A DNA stretch of 62,440 bases, filler included, from Sphacelaria rigidula (Eukaryota), in the NCBI GenBank assembly GCA_964200075.2. It is 5 parts of 5 records of this genome, joined end to end, with 100 filler letters (N's around TTAATTAATTAA, not from the genome) between each part and the next. Parts side by side here need not be neighbours in the genome. Positions count along the whole stretch, not along the records: positions 50,036 to 62,440 come from CAXNAA020003809.1; 4 more parts are not named here. One strand, given 5' to 3'. Position 1 is the stretch's first letter. The number at the start of each line of letters is the position of its first letter. Under the pieces are notes generated by a model. It was not told the DNA's origin, ran no database searches, and saw only the letters and a list, made by a program, of their open reading frames with translations. The position numbers and the translations under genes are program-made. Positions 58,700-62,440 of this stretch are shown here, piece after piece.

Positions 58700-60900
58700 A
58701 CCACTACCACCTGGGGATGCTTACCGCATGGTAATTTGTCGTGGCTTCTCCCCGCGCGCGAACGCTGCTGCTATTATGGTCTCGGAATAGCACTTGAAAT
58801 AGTACCCGTGCCCGCCAGGGTGGGGCAGTATACATGGACCTCCCACCCCCCACAATATGACCTAGCGCGACCACCATCATCGTTACCGCAAAAAAAAACG
58901 CAAGCACGCGAAACAAATCGGTAACCCGGTTGACTATCTTACGCAGTGAGTGGCGTGTTTTACAACGTCGTCGCCAACCCACGCCAACCCTATAGGGGGG
59001 TCCGCCCCTACAAAGTCGGAACGGAGCACGCCGGACTTTCGTCGGACCCGGCTGAAGATAGGGGGGGAGTTGAGCGACAGGCTGCCAGTGAACATTTCGC
59101 GACCGACTGAGCAAACCCCAAATACCGTCCCGCAGCTTCTGGATCGTGTGCATTTGAGGATATGAGCATCTGCCCTGCATACACTACTTTTGCCATTCAT
59201 GGTGCCATGCTCTCATCATTTTTTCATTTCTCTCTCTATATATCGCTTATAGGAGCATCAGTAACAGCAGCGGTAGTAGTATCCGTATATCTCATTATTA
59301 ATTGATTGGCCGTAGAGCTCTATTCAATTAATTGATTGTACTGTTGATGGTTGATGCGGTGGACTTTGCTTCGATTTTGCATGTAATTTTTTATTCATTG
59401 AAAGGTGGTGCGCCTAGCCCAAACCCCAACCTTCATAAATTCTACGGAAAATACGTATACGATGAATATCAAACTCAATTTATATTTAAAAGTCAATTGA
59501 TAACTTGATGTTTGTGATCGGTGTTACGTATGTATTTATTTGTTATCGTTTTTATTTTCAATGATCGCCTATTTTTCGGTGGGTGAGGCGCTTCATAGTG
59601 CCGTGGAGATTCTGGAGCTCAACAACCACAAAACCCACCGTTTATTGCTAGAGCACGGCGGCGTCCTCTCCTCCTCCTCGTGTGCGTGGCAAGCCCAAGC
59701 CTGCAGACCTTCGCTCGCCTCCGAAAACACCTCCTAGCAACAAAAGCACAACCATTACAGGCACCCGTATTTACTTCGCCTATGTGAAAGGCCTGATGTA
59801 GGACACGGGAGTGACCTCTACATCGTGGCATAATACGACAATTGTGGCAACAGCAGTGGGCGGCCACCATCTCTCTGTCGTCGTCCACGGCCGTCCCCGC
59901 ACTACCTCGCCGCCAATTCGTGCGCCTCCCCCGCCCGTTGTTCCTCCACGATCCCAGATCGGGTGCCGTCAGCGGACCGGCCATTGGTGGAGAGGCGACC
60001 TCCGGTGCTTGCTGCCTCGTGTCCGCCGCATTCTCCCCCGCCGTGAATCGTGCTGCAAACCCGTAAACCCCCGAAAGGTACCGCGAAAGCAGGATACCTG
60101 GAGACAGCAGATGATGTCCACCCCACGGCATGAGTTCTTGCGCTGAAAATTCTTGGTGGCTCTGTTCCAGAGGTCATAGTGATCCCGACCCATTTATCCT
60201 ACGCGATCCCAGATCGGATGTAGGCGGCGCGGCGATCATTGGTCGCGAGCCGAAATCACCTACTTCTGCCCCCTGTTCCACCGCACTGCCTCCCGCTACC
60301 GGTCGTGTTGTAATTTCCTGTCCCCTGTTCCACCGCACCGCCTCCCGCTACCGGTCGTGTTGTAAATATGTCCACCCGTAGGAAATTTAGTGAAGGCACA
60401 ACACCGTTGTGTGGTACGGAAGATGATATCGACCCTCCAGCATGCGTTCTTGCGCCGAAACCCCAGGGTGGCTCTATCCCGGAAGTCGTTACCATCCGTG
60501 TTGACATAAAAAAAGTTATTCCCCTCCCCCGTTTCCCCTCACACGGGGATGAAATGGCTCCTCCCTCCAGACGCGATGGGGGTGCCATCTACGATTCTCG
60601 CCAGCTACATAGGCATTCACAGACGAAGAACGGTGCCTACGAACACGTTGGAGGCATCGTGAGAACGTTTGCACCACATAATATTTCGTGATGACCCACT
60701 TTCTCCCCCCCGCCCTTTTCTCGCAGATGAGACAAACGCATTCCCTCACTGAACGATCTCAGCGGAAATGGAAGGGTGTTGTTCGACGCTTGAGCCATTT
60801 GCGGTAGGACAACAACGAATCTGAACTCTTGGCCGGCACCGATAGAAAACATACAATCTACCCTGACCATAGTGATGATGCATAGAATTGTAAACAGGGC
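58700..60900 (-). mobile_element. Highly degenerate Copia-like remnants
   Basis: SRNVHWQ resembles the post-integrase SH3-like SRNVTW; repeated ARTHA linker; MVRVDCMFSIG resembles the RT VHVDD motif; internal direct repeats. Confidence 0.4.
60271..60365. repeat. 52-bp-period tandem duplication
   Basis: CCCTGTTCCACCGCAC.GCCTCCCGCTACCGGTCGTGTTGTAA occurs twice. Confidence 0.85.
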
Positions 60901-62440
60901 TACAGACACCCCGGGGGGGGATATTTTTGAAGGTGAAACGAGCCAAATACCACGTTTTTTCTTGTCCCCGGCGGCGGGGGGGGGGGCGTTATCGCGGCTT
61001 CGATGCTCGCCGTCGATGTTCTCTCAGTTAATCGGCGTCGCAAACAAACGCCGACAAACTTGGAAAACATCGACTAACAGGCCGTCGGCGCGACAAGTTG
61101 AAACTTAACTGAACAGAGCCGCCAACTCACAGCTCTACCTTTCGTACCGTTGTGTGCTAGGGTATACTGAATTACCGGGATCTTGCTTTTTGTCGATAGT
61201 GAGGAAAGTACCTCAAGAAGGCCTTATTCTTCCTATTTCTTTGTCAGGATGCGTGCTTGAGCAATGCCCATCCACGGCACGCCTGTACGTCAGCAGAACA
61301 AGAGCGAGGAGATTTTGCTGCCCTCGGTTTTATCGTTCGGACGCGGGTCTGCACGACAGGGCTGATGTGAAGACAATACGTGCTTGTGTACTTACGAGAG
61401 TACTGGCTGTGCTGTGTAGCAGCACTGTACTGTACCGTACTAGTCAGCCGCCAGTTCGACCGTGCTGGCAAATGCTTTGGATTGCGTCAGTACATCGCTG
61501 GCGAGGGTGCAACAGCGAACGTAGGGACGCCGCGGCGGGAGAAATTTACATTTGTATTTCGTTGGACATTCCTCATTCCTCATACGCTGACCGTTACAAG
61601 GGTGGTATCCCACGTTGAAAATCATCTACAGCCTGGGCGGTGTTTCAGACTACGGTGCCTTCACGGTCGCATCAGAAAACCCGGCGCATGTGCAAGGCAT
61701 TTTGTGCGTATACAAGGTATACCAAGCATAATAACATCGGTATAGCACATACCCCCAACTCGTTTGGGAAATACTAGACGTGCTGGGACGTGCATCGTTT
61801 CGAACGAACCACCGTGGAGTAGGTGCGAGTGGGTGCCAGAAACAAGTGAGATGCGCATCGATTGTGATCTGCGAATACTGTATATCTGTAATAAGTCATC
61901 GGCAATGACCCGCTCATGTGGCACAGCCAGCTACCTGACGCTTTACAGTGTCTCTCATCACATGGACGAAGCCGTACTGGCAAATGCAGGGAGCCCGCGG
62001 TGGTGCAGAGTACTACTGTACAATCAGAAAAGCAGCAGCCGCCAACAGTACAGCACGAATGGCCGACGGAGGTCAACTTTGTTTTGGTTCAGAACCAACC
62101 GAGTGCTCTCGTCGTGCGGATATTTATTTCATCAGCTATCTGACTCTTCCCAGATTTCCGCGCCGGTTCCAGCTTGCCATCCAAGGGTTTCGTTGTTATC
62201 GGTTTTTTCTTCTGTCGGGGACACCTGCTGGCGCTTTCATCTTCACGGCTGCGCCTGAAACTTGGTGAGATCCAGCGCACGGGGCAAGTATAAAACGAGT
62301 ATAAAATATTTTCAACCATTTTTTCCGACCATCTGGTAAACTCTGTTGCACAGCGCTGGGCAGTTGTGAAGTTTCCACAGGCACCGTAGGTAAGGTACCG
62401 TACCGAGCGTACCCCCGGTATTTACCGGGGTATCCCATAC

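Overview
Eukaryotic, intron-rich and transposon-dense DNA. The style (long introns, A/C-rich acceptors, ~50% GC) suggests a stramenopile, probably a brown alga; this is inference. The window is not contiguous. It joins five segments of 12410, 12409, 12409, 12407 and 12405 bp with artificial 100-bp N/TTAATTAATTAA/N linkers, so adjacency across linkers cannot be trusted. Host genes: 14 phase-consistent exons of a cytoplasmic dynein-1 heavy chain (AAA1-AAA2 region, 12680-24271, three GC donors) and the 5' exons of a CTNNBL1-like gene (44386-49858). Retroelements: two related Ty3/Gypsy elements with a very long atypical Gag (one nearly intact at 50101-57890), two further Gypsy 3' remnants with PPT and LTR, and Copia remnants. 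There are also several MITE families. The best leads are two non-coding retroposon-like families. Family 1 has six 5'-truncated copies whose fixed end abuts G-rich runs, with target-site duplications. Family 2 ends in an ATCAA-type tail and carries an upstream sequence complementary to its own tail. No CRISPR array, tRNA or rRNA was recognised.
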